A DNA stretch of 52,612 bases, taken from NCBI GenBank assembly GCA_051294375.1, contig CM119271.1, forward strand, positions 6,239,905 through 6,292,516, given 5' to 3'. This document shows, in pieces, positions 1-13,610 of this stretch (position 1 is its first letter; the number at the start of each line of letters is the position of its first letter). The position numbers were made by a program, and so were the translations under genes. A model generated the notes under the pieces. That model was not told the origin of the DNA, ran no database searches, and saw only the letters and a program-made list of their open reading frames with translations. Origin of the DNA: Paraspadella gotoi (Eukaryota > Animalia > Chaetognatha).

Positions 1-930
1 ACTAAAAATTTTACAAGAATCCATAATTTCTTTTTTTTGTCTTCATCGTTGATAATTTCTCTCGAGCAACGAAATCTTATGGGAACGGCGAAGGTGACGA
101 ATGCGGGGTGTTGAGGGTCTTCGAGAAGAGGAGGGGTTTAAGGGGTGTGAAAGAGGGTGAGGCTGTGAGGAAAAGGGGGAGAAAGAAAACGCGCGCCAAA
201 TTAGAGAAGCTTCAAGGAGACGGCGAAGCCATGAACGTAGCCGCCGCCGCCGCCGCCGCCGCCGCCGCCNNNNNNNNNNNNNNNNNNNNNNNNNNNNNNN
301 NNNNNNNNNNNNNNNNNNNNNNNNNNNNNNNNNNNNNNNNNNNNNNNNNNNNNNNNNNNNNNNNNNNNNNNNNNNNNNNNNNNNNNNNNNNNNNNNNNNN
401 NNNNNNNNNNNNNNNNNNNNNNNNNNNNNNNNNNNNNNNNNNNNNNNNNNNNNNNNNNNNNNNNNNNNNNNNNNNNNNNNNNNNNNNNNNNNNNNNNNNN
501 NNNNNNNNNNNNNNNNNCCCTTCCACATGCCCATTTTCTAGACCTCTAATTTTCTCTCTTCTTTCTATTTCCTTTATCTCTTAGATTTAGATCGTCCCTC
601 TATCACTTTGTGTCCTCTATTCCCACTCTAATGTTTCCCAACAGAAAAAGAAATTGTTTTAGTCGAGAAGGTCTCGCGTTCGAATCCGTGACGTCGACTT
701 TTTTTCTTTTAAAGTCTGATTTGGTGGCACAAATTTGAGAGAAAAAATTATGAATCATGTCACCATTTTAATTACATGTTGCTCGGAACTGTAATGATTA
801 AATCTTAAGGCTTTGTTGGCTGTAAGAAGAAATGTTTTTAATCTCATGTTATACGTTCAATAATTATTTTAAATCATTTACAAATATTTTAAAAATTAAA
901 TTTCGCTCCAAATGTATAAACCTCTGATTG

Positions 931-1036
931 ATTCACGTGAGGCGTTTAATTACGTGAGGCTTAGAATCACGTGATCGTTTGAATCACGTGACGCATCGAA
1001 TCGCGTGATCGTTTGAATCACGTGATGCTTTGAATC
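931..1036. repeat. 17-bp minisatellite, 6 copies, with E-box core
   Basis: CACGTG or a one-base variant occurs at 934, 951, 968, 985, 1002 and 1019 (period 17). Consensus is about GTTTGAATCACGTGATC. Confidence 0.85.
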
Positions 1037-2040
1037 GCTCGAATCTCGGTGCAAAAACGAATAGGATTTGGTTCGTGTCGAGAATAGGAATCGGTCGTCG
1101 ACGTTGTTGTCGTCGTTGTTGTTGTCGTCTTTGTGGTCGTCGTCGTGGTCATTTTCGTCATCGTTGTGGTCGTCGTTGTTATTTTCCCATCGTTCTCTCG
1201 TTGTTGTCGTCATCGATTCACTTTTTTGTGACTTGGGTCACAATCACGTTTGGCATACCCTCTTAATCCTTTTCACAGTGAAAGCCTTTTTTTTCCACAT
1301 CTTCGTTGTCGTCGTCGTCGTCGTCGTNNNNNNNNNNNNNNNNNNNNNNNNNNNNNNNNNNNNNNNNNNNNNNNNNNNNNNNNNNNNNNNNNNNNNNNNN
1401 NNNNNNNNNNNNNNNNNNNNNNNNNNNNNNNNNNNNNNNNNNNNNNNNNNNNNNNNNNNNNNNNNNNNNNNNNNNNNNNNNNNNNNNNNNNNNNNNNNNN
1501 NNNNNNTATTTTAATATTTAGTATTTTGAGGTCTCGATCGCTAGAATCTGAGATTTGTCGTCGTCGTCGTCGTCGTAGTCGTCGTCGTCATTGTCGTCGT
1601 CGTTGTTCATCGTCATTTTTAGAATTTTAGACGAAATTTTGATTGTGAAAGAAAGAAGTATTAATTCACACGGAGCTCAATGTGTATAATACGTAGATTT
1701 GAAAGTGTGAAAAATATGGTATCAATTCATGAAGTAAGTGTGATTGTAGTAATTATAAAGAAAGAGGACGTGAGGTTGAAACGTATCGCGTGGCATAGTG
1801 ATCGGAGATGAGACAATCTGGCCTCTGAAAAATTTGATCAAAAAATAGAAATAAAAAAAAAACAACTTGAAAACGTTCAATTGTTTATGACGTCTAGACG
1901 CGCCATCTGTTTCACTTTACCCTCCACCAGATGGATCGCGTAAAACTTCCCCAGTTTTTATTTTAAACTTTTTCGAAAATTTTCTTTCTTTTTTTTTTCT
2001 ATTAAATTTTTCACGNNNNNNNNNNNNNNNNNNNNNNNNN

Positions 2041-2058
2041 CACTCAAATTTCTTCTCT

Positions 2059-2089
<31 letters not shown>

Positions 2090-2131
2090 TCTTCTCTTCT
2101 CTCCTCTCTCGTCTCTTCTCTCTCTGCGTCT

Positions 2132-2177
<46 letters not shown>

Positions 2178-2708
2178 CTCCCACGAACGTTTCGGAAATT
2201 CGAAAGATCCGTCGTGAAAATTTTAATAGAAAAAAAAGAAAGAAAAATTTTCGAAAAAGTATAAAAATAAAAACTGGGGAAGTTTTTTACGCGATCCATC
2301 TGGTGAGGGGTAAAGTGAAACAGATGGCGCGTCTGACGTCATAGAACAATTGAACGTTCAAGTTGTTTTTTTTTATTTCTATTTTTTGATCAAATTTTTC
2401 AGAGGCCAGATTGTTCTCATCTCCGATCACTTGCCACGCGATACGTTTTCAACCTCACGTCCTCTTTTCTTTATAATTACTACAATCACACTTACTTCAT
2501 GAATTGATACCATATTTTTCACACTTTCAAATCTACGTATTTACACATTGAGCTCCGTGTTGCATAATACTTCTTTCTTTCACAATCAAAATTTCGTCTA
2601 AATTCTAAAAATGACGATGAACACGACGACGACAATGACGACGACGACTACGAACGACGGACGACGACGACAAAATCTCATGATTCAGCGATCGAGACCT
2701 CAAAATAC
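2041..2708 (-). other. Probable assembly artefact: flipped gap-fill, with an inverted copy of ~1519-2015 at ~2213-2708
   Basis: Follows a 25-N gap (2016-2040) and differs from the other copy mostly by scattered 1-nt indels. Its reverse complement ends ...TTTGAGTG, which joins the (GT)n at 2709. Confidence 0.8.
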
Positions 2709-3251
2709 TGTGTGTGTGTGTGAAAGAGAAGAGAAATAATTAATTGAAATTAAGCGCGGTTCCGAATTAAAATGATTTTTTTTCCCATTTTAACCAAAAA
2801 GATATTAGTCTTCGGGATAATAAAATGAGAAAATATACAAAACTGTTTTTTTTTTATTATTCTTTAGCTCGAAGATTAGAGGATTAAAAGATTAATCTGT
2901 GGAGACAATAAACAAAAAAAAATTGAACGGGAAAAGATTAACGCCTGATGAAGTTGATTACGAGAAAAAAGAAAAAAAAATAGAAGTTAATAAACTAAGA
3001 AAAGAAAAGGCTGCTTTGACGACGCCGCTGCCACCGCGTCTGCTGTCGCCTGCGCCGCCGCGGCCAACGACGACGACGACGACAGCGAACAAACGAATAA
3101 AATCTATCATCGTCGAGCAAAGAAAAAAAGGCAATGAATTATCAAGGCAACTTGGCGGCTTCGGCGTCTTCAGCCTTATTTCCAGTTTGTCAACAGTAAA
3201 ATTAAAAACGCTTGTATTGTTGTGACAACGCTCGCGCGGCGCAGCTTATAT

Positions 3252-3360
<109 letters not shown>

Positions 3361-5519
3361 GTCTCTTTCTCTTTTTCAGTCATTTTTTATGGTCTCGATT
3401 GCGACTTAAACCTTTTTCAAGATCTCTAAACACTTTGTTTTTTTCCCAGTTGAGGCCGCCACCGCCGCCGCCCGCGCCGCCGCTTCGCCGCCGCTTCCGC
3501 CGCCGCTTCCGCCGCCGCCGCTTCCGCCGCGAAGCTTCCGCCACCGCCGCCGCTTCCGCCGCCGCTCGCCGCCAGCGATGACTACGCCGACGACGATGTT
3601 TCCACCGACAAAGTCGATAAAAGATGGCGACATAAACAATATAAATTTGAACATAATGGCGAAGAGAAGACAACAATGAAAGGATGAGGAAAACGGGGAA
3701 TCGTTTTCATAGATGACTCTCCGACGCCGGGTTTGCTGCCGCCGCCGCTACCGCCGCCGCCGCTGCCGCCGCAACCGCCGCCGCCGCCGCCGCTGGGTTC
3801 GTTGAATCGATCGCCAACCTCCAACGACACCTGGAGGGAAAAATCTTCGCGACGCCGGTCGTTGAATCTGAGATTCCGTCGCGCGGCGGTAAATCGTCGC
3901 AGGCTACGACGTCGCGGGTGGCCGGTCGACGCACGACAATGTCAAGTACTAAATTATTATCGTCAGTAAAAGTAATAACGTTTCGTCGTATCTCGGCAGA
4001 GTGCAGAATCCTTACGATAAATTACTTTAGTTTCTTTAGTTGTGTCAATTCGTAATAAATCATTAAATAATTGCATACTATGCAATGCATAGTCCTGCTA
4101 TGTGATAATGATGTACGAGGGATAGTCTTTAACCCCCAGTTAAGCTTAAGGGAAAGAGAACTTTCAACTTTCATATTCGCTCGATGAATGAATAATTTTT
4201 TTATTGGTCGTAAAAAAGTCATACATAGTATGATTTACTGCTTTCCGTTTTCTAAATTGTTTGTTTTAGATAGTATATATATACAGTATTACGTGGTGAA
4301 AACTACCACCATTTTCTTGTTTTCTGTGAAGAAAATGACATTTAACTAAATCGTGCACTCGATGACTTCGCTAGACGATAGAGTAAAATGTGAGTTCAAG
4401 TTGAACGGCGTTCGAAAAAAAAGAACATATCCACGATCAGATTTAAGGTCGGGGTGACAAATCCCGACGCCAGCGCCTCTCTCGTCGTTACCGTTATCGA
4501 CTTTCTTATGGATGTTCATTTGTCTTCTCAATTTCCTCATCAATCCCAAACCGGAGTTTGTGGTTTTTTTGGTTTTTTTTTGAAGAAGGAAAAAAAAAAA
4601 AAAAGTGGGTGAAGTTGAAAACGTGCGTTTTAGAAAAATTCCTTTTTCTGCTTTTGACTCTTCGAATGAAAAGGCGAAAAGAAAAATATATTGAAGAGGT
4701 GGGAAAGACCAGAGGTGATCGGAGAGAGAGAGAGAGGGAGGGAGAGAGAGAGAGAGAGGGAGGGAGAGAGAGAAAGAGAGAATGAGAGAGAGAGAGAGAG
4801 GGAGAGAAATCCGGAGAGGAGGGTAGGATCAACCGATCAAAAAGGATTTCGTCATTTCTCGATTTTTATTTTTTTTCCATTTTGGCCAATTGGGTTGACA
4901 TTCGTTGAAAAAAGGATGACGAAATATTCATTGTTTATAAAATCGAAAGCTTGGAATATATCTTGTGAGAGGGATGAAAACTTTAACCTTTCCAGTGTCC
5001 AGTGAAATTGGTACAACCAATTTAAAAATTATCCATTCAACAAGCTCTCTTGCCCCTGACTTTGGACAGGCTTTGGTGGTTTAAGGCCTCCATCACTCTT
5101 ACAATATAATAACATCGCAGAACCTTGCAACCTTGAGTAGTTTTCCTATCATTTCGTGGAAGCGTGAAATCTTTGGCGCCAAGAATCTCTCGGCATAAAA
5201 GTCGGTCAGAGGTTTTATCCCTCGTTTGAACTTGATTAAAAATGTTCCAGTCACTCAAGTCTCAAAGCTTTCTTAACCTTTTCTCGGGCGCCAGTGCTGA
5301 CCCGACCTTTTCTTACTTCAATCCTGACTAATAGTCTACAAATATGGAGCCGAAATTTTTTTTTTTCCAGCGGGGCGATATGAGAAGTGTTCTTTATGGG
5401 TCTCTCTTTCTTTCTTACTCTTTGCTCTCTCTCTCTCTNNNNNNNNNNNNNNNNNNNNNNNNNGGCTGTGAGTCAAGGACGCGGTGTCAAAGGGCGGGGG
5501 GAAAGATTAGGAATCTCTT

Positions 5520-5573
<54 letters not shown>

Positions 5574-6095
5574 AGGCAGAGAGATAGAGAGAAAATGAGA
5601 GAAGAGAGAGAGAGAGAGAAAGAGGAGAGAGAGTCACAGCTCAACCAAGAGCTTTCATATTTTTGCGCTGAACTCGGGTTAAAAGCTAAAGGCCTTTAGA
5701 GGGCAAAATGTGACGGCATCGTCCTTGCTCCGTATCGAATCGTTGGAGACAAGTTCCCAACGGTTGAAGGAACAGCTTCGCTCATATTTTACTTTACAAT
5801 TTCACAGTTCGAGAGTCGAGAGTCGAGAGGCACCATCGTCGCTCTTCTGGAAGACTAAGTTACGTGCGAGTTTTAAAAGCTTGAGAGTTGAGACGCTGAA
5901 TGGATCAAGACAGCTGAGACATGTCGGTTTAGAAAGAGAGAAAGACATCTTAAAAATCCAGCCAATTCTTTTACAGTTTAACATTTAGTGAAGCGTTAAT
6001 TTAAAAATAATGCTTATTGACAAAATGCTTAGACATCAATTGAGGTTTCTCAAAAACCTTCAAGGGGAAATTCAAATTTTTTTACTCCTCGGGTC

Positions 6096-6129
<34 letters not shown>

Positions 6130-7285
6130 NNNNNNNNNNNNNNNNNNNNNNNNNNNNNNNNNNNNNNNNNNNNNNNNNNNNNNNNNNNNNNNNNNNNNNN
6201 NNNNNNNNNNNNNNNNNNNNNNNNNNNNNNNNNNNNNNNNNNNNNNNNNNNNNNNNNNNNNNNNNNNNNNNNNNNNNNNNNNNNNNNNNNNNNNNNNNNN
6301 NNNNNNNNNNNCCCTTCGCCCTCTATCTCTCCCCGCGGCACAACTTTCCCCTCGTTTTTCTCTCATTTCCTCGCGCATGCGCCGCTGTCCTTAATGGCCA
6401 CAGAAATTTGCTAAACTCCTTCTTTGATCTATGAACCCTTTTCATGCCACTCGCCGCCCAGGGGCACGTCGTTATGAGCGAATGGCATTGCCACTGGGCG
6501 CGTCTTGATGGGCGATGGTATTGCCACAAGGTGAGTCGTTTAGAGGCCACGGTGCGCCTTAATGGGTCATGCCACGAGTTTCTTTGTTAGAGACAATAGA
6601 ATTGTCGTTGGACGCGTCTCGATGAACATTGAATTGACACGTGGCGATTAGCTAAAACAGTTAGGATGGCGTCGATGACATGAAGCACCTTGATGGATGA
6701 AATGCGTGCAGGATTAACGCCATCTTGAGAGCAATCAATCGAAAAGTCAAACAAAACCAAATAACTTAGTCATCTATTCAAACTCGTGACGTTTTTTTTT
6801 GACGTTGCACACCGGTTTCCATGAGAAGGCCCGTCCCTCTTCTTTCAGGAATCTGCTGAGCGCGAANNNNNNNNNNNNNNNNNNNNNNNNNNNNNNNNNN
6901 NNNNNNNNNNNNNNNNNNNNNNNNNNNNNNNNNNNNNNNNNNNNNNNNNNNNNNNNNNNNNNNNNNNNNNNNNNNNNNNNNNNNNNNNNNNNNNNNNNNN
7001 NNNNNNNNNNNNNNNNNNNNNNNNNNNNNNNNNNNNNNNNNNNNNNNAAAAAAAAAAAAAAAAAAAACTACATTACGGACAAAGCTTTCCCCTCCCCCCT
7101 CCGCTCACTCTTCCTCGCGCGCGCCTATTACTCCTTTTATCGACCGGAAGTGACGCCGAAAAAGCGGCGCTGACGCGGAAACATAAAAATACGTCATTTT
7201 TGGCTGCGTAAGCAGAGCTAAGGCGCGGGAGAGAGAGCGAGAGTGAAGGGAAGTTGGAGGAATTAAAAGGATATATATGAAGAAT

Positions 7286-7409
<124 letters not shown>

Positions 7410-7889
7410 AAGATGACAAAAGAAGGTGAAAGGTTTTTAAGATTTTTATCACAAGCAAGCAAACATTTCATAGGTATAAATTATAATAATAGCACTGTTG
7501 AGATCGTACTTAATTAAGTGAATAAAATTTGTTTTTTTTTAATTTTCATTCGTGTTTTTTCTTTTTCATCAGTGAGTGTCGTATGAAGAAAGAATAAAAT
7601 TAATATTTTTTAAATACTGTGATATTATATTTGAGTTTAGTATTATAATTTTTTTCATCAGGAGGACCCCTTGTGGTCTGAATATAAAGAGAAAAAAAAA
7701 TCGCTGATAAACCAACTGCCGACCGAAACGTGTCGCTACTAAAAAAAAAGCAATGATAAAACAAGACAGAGACAGAGAGAAAGTAAAAAGAGAGAGAAAA
7801 GGAGAGACGTAAATTTTCTCGCAAGAAAAGACAGACATGGGAGAGCGATTTATGAAAGAGGCGGNNNNNNNNNNNNNNNNNNNNNNNNN

Positions 7890-10800
7890 ATCCGCTGGCG
7901 CAAAGACCGTGACTGCTATGATATCTCGCTTTCTCTCTCTCTCTCGCGTCCTCTTTCTTTCTTCTCATTCTATCTTCCCTTTTCTCCCTTTGTTTTTCGC
8001 ATTTCCTCCTCTCATCACAATTTTGTATACGGTTACTTCTATTTTCTCATTTTTCCATTCGGATTATCAATATCTGTCCGGACGGTACCTCGATCGACAG
8101 ACCTTGGATGCTCCAATCTACTATATAATCTCTGCTCCAAAAGATTCGAACTGGTGCGATTCTCCCTCATTAATCTTCATTTCTCTCTTTGGTCATCTCA
8201 TTTCTCACGCCTCTCCCCACAAAAACTTGGTATTCCTGCTTCTCGTCTACTGGGCTCTACTTTGACTCTGCTCACAGCTTCGATCTTGAGTAATCCTATT
8301 TACTTGTCTTATGATCATTTTTGAGTGCATCACCCGAGACTCTTGTTATAAATTCGACTCTTCAGCTCATATTTGTCACTTGTTGTGCAATTATGCGAAG
8401 AAAATTGGAGCCGTATCGCTCTCTCTCTTTGTTCTCCATCACTTTTATAACTACAAGATCTTCACCTCTTCTCAGGTCTCTTGTCTCATGTTTATGTCAT
8501 TAGCTTTTTTTTCTTTTCTATATTAGAGGTCAGGACACGTCTCTCTCAGACTAGGCCAGTTGTTTAAGTTCCCTTAAAAGCGGGAATTGTTTTTAATTAT
8601 ATTGTCTCTTGTGATAGATTCCAGCACAAACATTATCGTCGTGTCCTCAGTTCGATGAAAAAAATTATAATCTTCCATCGTGAAATAATTAGAATGAGAC
8701 AAACGTATGTGAGAATCATCGAACAGGATGAAACTGTCATTGTAATGACGGAAAGATTATACTGGAGATTTTTATTGAATATTGTGACGTCTTCCATACG
8801 ATCACACTCCCACTGAGATGAAAACGAAAACATACACGAATGAATCAAAAAAACAAATTTTATTCACTTAATTAAAGTACGATCTTCAACAGTGGTCTAT
8901 TTCAATCACTTCATTATTCTATACACCTGCTATGACGAAGTTGTTATGTCGCGTGTGCATAGTGATAAAAATTTAACAAACCGACATTTCCTATCCTTCT
9001 ATGTACATGGGTCCTCACTTCGTAGTCACACTCTCCTCTCCTCGTGCATTCTTACTCATTGCTATTTCTCCCTGTCCCTTCCTTAGTCTTTCTGTGCCTA
9101 CCTCGAATGCTTCGTGTGCGCTTTTCTCTCTCTCCTTTTTTATGCTTCGTAACTTTATCGTAAAAAAGTACACACTACTTCTCATCACTTTCGTTGCTTG
9201 TCATATCTTCATATTTTATGAACCGCTTATTAAATTACTAACACACAGTACAAATTCCACCTTGCCACGCCTCTGTTGCTTATACCGCTCTGCTCATCAG
9301 GCCGTGCCCTTAGCTCTGTGTGAGGAGCCCAAGAGAGATGACAGAGACTATTCTCTAATTATTAATGTTTCGCGAGTCTTCAAAGTGGCCGTCTTTTTCG
9401 GGCCACACTTTCTGTGGTCGATATATAACAAAGGAGTAAATAGGCGCGGCCGCCGAGGAAGATGATTGTAGCGAAGGGGAGGCGAGGAATATAAGGAATT
9501 ATGTCTACCGTAATAATGAAAATAGCTAGATATTATTTAATTTTTTTAATAATTAACTGTGGTTTAGTTTTTATATAGTATTATCTTCGCAAAAGGAAAA
9601 AAATTTACACGTAGTTTATGTTCTCTATTAATCCTTCATCTACTGGAAGAATTGATAAAAATATAAAGTGCACATAAAACACGATCTGTGCTCTAAGGAT
9701 TCTGCCGCGCGCCCACCCTGTGTATTTTCGGTGGAGAGAGAGAGAGATTTGACTCGAGAAGGAGGCGTGGCGTGGGCGATAGACGTGAGCAGTCCTAGCT
9801 GACGGAATAATCATATGTAGTGGCGAGATGAGCATCTCGGTCCCTACGTCTGAATATGTCGGATAAATAAATTTCGCCCAACGTTCGTAGCGAGACGTCC
9901 GGTACGATAGCGCTATGTAGCACATAAGTATCTCCGTGTAGACAGCGTAGTTCTCATGCCGAACAGCACGGACCGGGTTTCAGCCAGCTGCGAGCAGATT
10001 CCCTCAGAAAGAAAAGAGGGAACGGCGGACACTTGCTTACATTAATGGTGACCGCACGTGGAAACCGAAAAAAGGTGTTAATGGATGCTAGAAGAGCATG
10101 TAAATCAGAATAGAAACAACGGATCACGAGTTTCCGCGGGGTCGATATTTCTTTAAAATAATACGCGAAAAGACTCGCACGTTTTGTTTATGTATTCTTC
10201 GTCTGAAATGAAGTCACATAGTTCATTGATAATAAGCAGAGGAAGTGTAACTGAAGGCGCTATCTTGAACGTATATCTGATGTCGCTTGGTATGTCATAC
10301 TGACTTTCGTCGAGTTGATAAGGACTTTTTCCCTCTCGCAGAATGGCGCTCTATCCATGGTAATGCAACGCCATTTCATCCCATCGAGCGGCGACAAGGT
10401 GACAATTTGAAGATAACGTAGACTCTGTGATAATTCTGTCTCAATCCTCTAGAACGCTTGAGTTTAAAAGTGACGGCATAATCGTGCCCAACGGTCGATT
10501 TAACGTAGATACAGGCAATTGAACGCCGAATGTGTCAAATGTCAATGATGTCATTCGATTCATGAAACCCGAGACCGCGTCAGCGGAACAATTCTAAAAT
10601 TGTCTCTAACAAAAGAATGAACTCGTGGCAATGACCCATTAGGCGAACCGTGGCCCTCTCGTAAAACTTCGAAGCGAGCACCTCGACTTTTACGTACTCT
10701 GCATAATATCACCGTATATTCACGCCCGAATGGGCCAAGAAGCGCCCGCAGCACGGCAAATCGCTGGAATATTGCACGCGCTGACGACCTCATAATTACC

Positions 10801-11380
10801 CGGGAGCCCGTGCCCAACCTGGGGCGGGCGAGCACGAAACGACTGGCATGAAAAGGGTTCGCAATAGGAGTCAAAGAAGGAGTTTTAGGCAAATTTCTGT
10901 GCCCGGATAGTAAAGCAGGAGGGCGTGGACAAATACTCTTTAAATTTAAGATGACTTCGCTTTGCCAAATAGAAACGAGAGCTCATAAAATGAGATTTGG
11001 GAGCGCCAGCTTTGTGAGAGTTTTGAGCCTGCAAAGACGCACGACTGGAAGCAAAGAAAAAATTTAGTACTTTAATATTTAATATTTCTTTAGTAATTTC
11101 TTTGAACTTTATCTAGAGATTAGGCGGCGATGGAGAGAGTGTTCATGAGGACCGGAGAGCCGGAACATAATGTAGAGTGATAAATGAACCGAAGGCGCGA
11201 GAGAATGTGAGTGTTTTAGTAGGCCAAGATGCCAGAGTGGGAGAATGACTATAGAGTGTTGAGCTGAGTAAGGGGGACGAGAGAAGATGAGACGGAAAGA
11301 GAGAGAGGGTTTGAGACGCATTGTCATGAGAACGAATGTTAAGCGAAGGAGAGAGAGGGAAGGAGAGAAAGATCCAGAGA

Positions 11381-11426
<46 letters not shown>

Positions 11427-12138
11427 GAGAGGAGTGAGAGAGAATCTGAACAGGTTGTTCTAACTACAAACAAACGCATCTGGGGCTGCTATTGGAAGTA
11501 AAAACGATAATTATAGTGGGTCTAAATGTACTATCGCCCTTGAACGCAAGTAGCTAGAGTTGTATCAGATTATGAACAACCGCCTCATTGAATGTCTAAG
11601 CATTGTCAATAAGCATTATTTTTAAATTAATAGCTTGCCACACTAAATGTTAAACTGTAAAAGATATGGCTGGATTTTAAGTGTCTTTCTCTCTTTCTAA
11701 AAACGCATTCTCAGCTGTCTGATCTCATTTCAGGCGTCTCAAACTCTCAAGCTTTTAAACTCGCACGTAACTTAGTTCTTTCCAGAAAGAGCGAACGGAT
11801 GGTGCCTCTCGACTTCTCGAACTCCGAACTGTGGAAATTTGTAAAGTAAATATATGAGCGAAGCTGTTCCTGTCAAAACCCGTTGGTACGTCATTTTACT
11901 AGCTCCTTGGACTACACAACGAGGGTAGTTCAGTGACTCACACTCCACTTCTTCGTACGGCGAGACGGCGACATAGTGCCGGGTAAGTACATCCTCTGTC
12001 GTTCTTTATAGCCCTCCTACAAGGCCTGTAGCTTTTAACCAACGCGAGTTCAGCGCAAAAATATGAAAGCTCTTTGGTTGAGGGCTGTGAGTCAAGGACG
12101 CGGTGTCAAAGGGCGGGGGGAAAGATTAGGAATCTCTT

Positions 12139-12192
<54 letters not shown>

Positions 12193-12253
12193 AGGCAGAG
12201 AGATAGAGAGAAAATGAGAGAAGAGAGAGAGAGAGAGAAAGAGGAGAGAGAGT
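7890..12253 (-). other. Probable assembly artefact: very noisy, insertion-rich reverse-complement copy of ~5633-7864, ending in a direct copy of 5464-5634
   Basis: Follows a 25-N gap (7865-7889). Collinear inverted anchors: 8865-8893 vs 7493-7520, 9385-9461 vs 7109-7170, 10600-10900 vs 6397-6600, and 11580-12090 vs 5633-6050. 12083-12253 matches 5464-5634. Confidence 0.8.
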
Positions 12254-12705
12254 TTTTTCGGTTCGAACAAAAGGCCAAATCTAAGAGGAGAAGACGCCGC
12301 TGCCGTCCGCTGCCATGCCGCCCCCCAGCCGCCCGGCGCGGCAGGAGACTGGAAACGCGAACGACCGCCATTTCTTTCCTACTGGCAATAAGTCGGACTG
12401 CCGTTTCCGTCAACAGTGAATGAGTTTCGATTTCCGTTTTCGTCTACTGGTAAATGACAAATGGCGGAAAATGTCGATGGTAATTTTTAAGCCGATTCTC
12501 AGTGTGAGCGGATACGCCGATAATGTGTTGCGATTGTAAATGAGTTGCGTACACATTTCCATGGCAACGTCTTCGCGATTCCGTTTCCTTCGCTTTTTAT
12601 CATTTCTGACATTAAAATATATTTTTGATATTTCCCCGGTTTGTGCCATTTAAAATCAATGGTACCGACTGATTCCAGCGAACTTTCTTTTTTTTTCTTG
12701 ATTTC

Positions 12706-12706
<1 letters not shown>

Positions 12707-12798
<92 letters not shown>
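12707..12798. repeat. (TTTC)23 microsatellite
   Basis: Uninterrupted tetranucleotide run. Confidence 0.95.
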
Positions 12799-12800
<2 letters not shown>

Positions 12801-13455
12801 TTTTTCCTTATTCGAAAACTCGGTTTCCTCGGGTCATGAAAATTTTGACTCTGGTCAGGCGGAAGTGGGCCGCAGCCAAGGGAATTAGGGATTTAGAGGA
12901 GTTGTGGTATTGGGGNNNNNNNNNNNNNNNNNNNNNNNNNNNNNNNNNNNNNNNNNNNNNNNNNNNNNNNNNNNNNNNNNNNNNNNNNNNNNNNNNNNNN
13001 NNNNNNNNNNNNNNNNNNNNNNNNNNNNNNNNNNNNNNNNNNNNNNNNNNNNNNNNNNNNNNNNNNNNNNNNNNNNNNNNNNNNNNNNNNNNNNNNNNNN
13101 NNNNNNNNNNNNNNNNNNNNNNNNNNNNNNNNNNNNNNNNNNNNNNNNNNNNNNNNNNNNNNNNNNNNNNNNNNNNNNNNNNNNNNNNNNNNNNNNNNNN
13201 NNNNCACCAGAACGACTGAATAATCGTTTCTTAGAAGAGAAGTCGAAAAAAAATATTTTAATTGGCAACGACAACAACGACAACAACAACGACAACGACA
13301 ACAACAAAAACCGAATTTCCACAATGAGTTAAAAAAGTCGAAAATGGGATTTCGTCTCTGATTTTAATTTCTGTTTCCATTCAACTTGAGAAGAGCCAAG
13401 TTTGAAAATTGCGACCACAAAATCTCGGGGATTAAATGAGTTGGTGTTTGACATG

Positions 13456-13610
13456 GGCATGGTGGTTGCGTTGGCGTTAGACACGAATTGACTTGGCGTT
13501 CACGTTGGCATGGCGGTTGCGTTGGCGTTAGAAACGAATAAGCGCGGCGATGACGTTGGCAGGGCGGTTTTTTTGGCGTTAGAAACGAATAAGCGCGGCG
13601 ATTACGTTGT
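13456..13610. repeat. 51-bp minisatellite, 3 copies
   Basis: Units start at 13456, 13507 and 13558; consensus GGCATGGCGGTTGCGTTGGCGTTAGAAACGAATAAGCGCGGCGATGACGTT. Confidence 0.85.

Noticed and set aside
661-695. tRNA gene (B-box GTTCGAATCC at 678-687)
   Set aside because: No upstream A-box or cloverleaf; at most a SINE fragment.
1519-2708. Biological ~500-bp foldback or hairpin-RNA locus
   Set aside because: It is centred on a 25-N gap with an indel-type error pattern, and the flipped block joins its flanks cleanly, so an assembly artefact is more parsimonious.
6443-6536. Plus-strand exon MPLAAQGHVVMSEWHCHWARLDGRWYCHK followed by GTGAGT
   Set aside because: It lies in a degenerate TGCCAC repeat, has no recognisable homology and has no partner exon.
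7700-7740. Second hammerhead (CTGATAA...GAAACGTGTC)
   Set aside because: The core is mutated and neither stem I nor stem II pairs.
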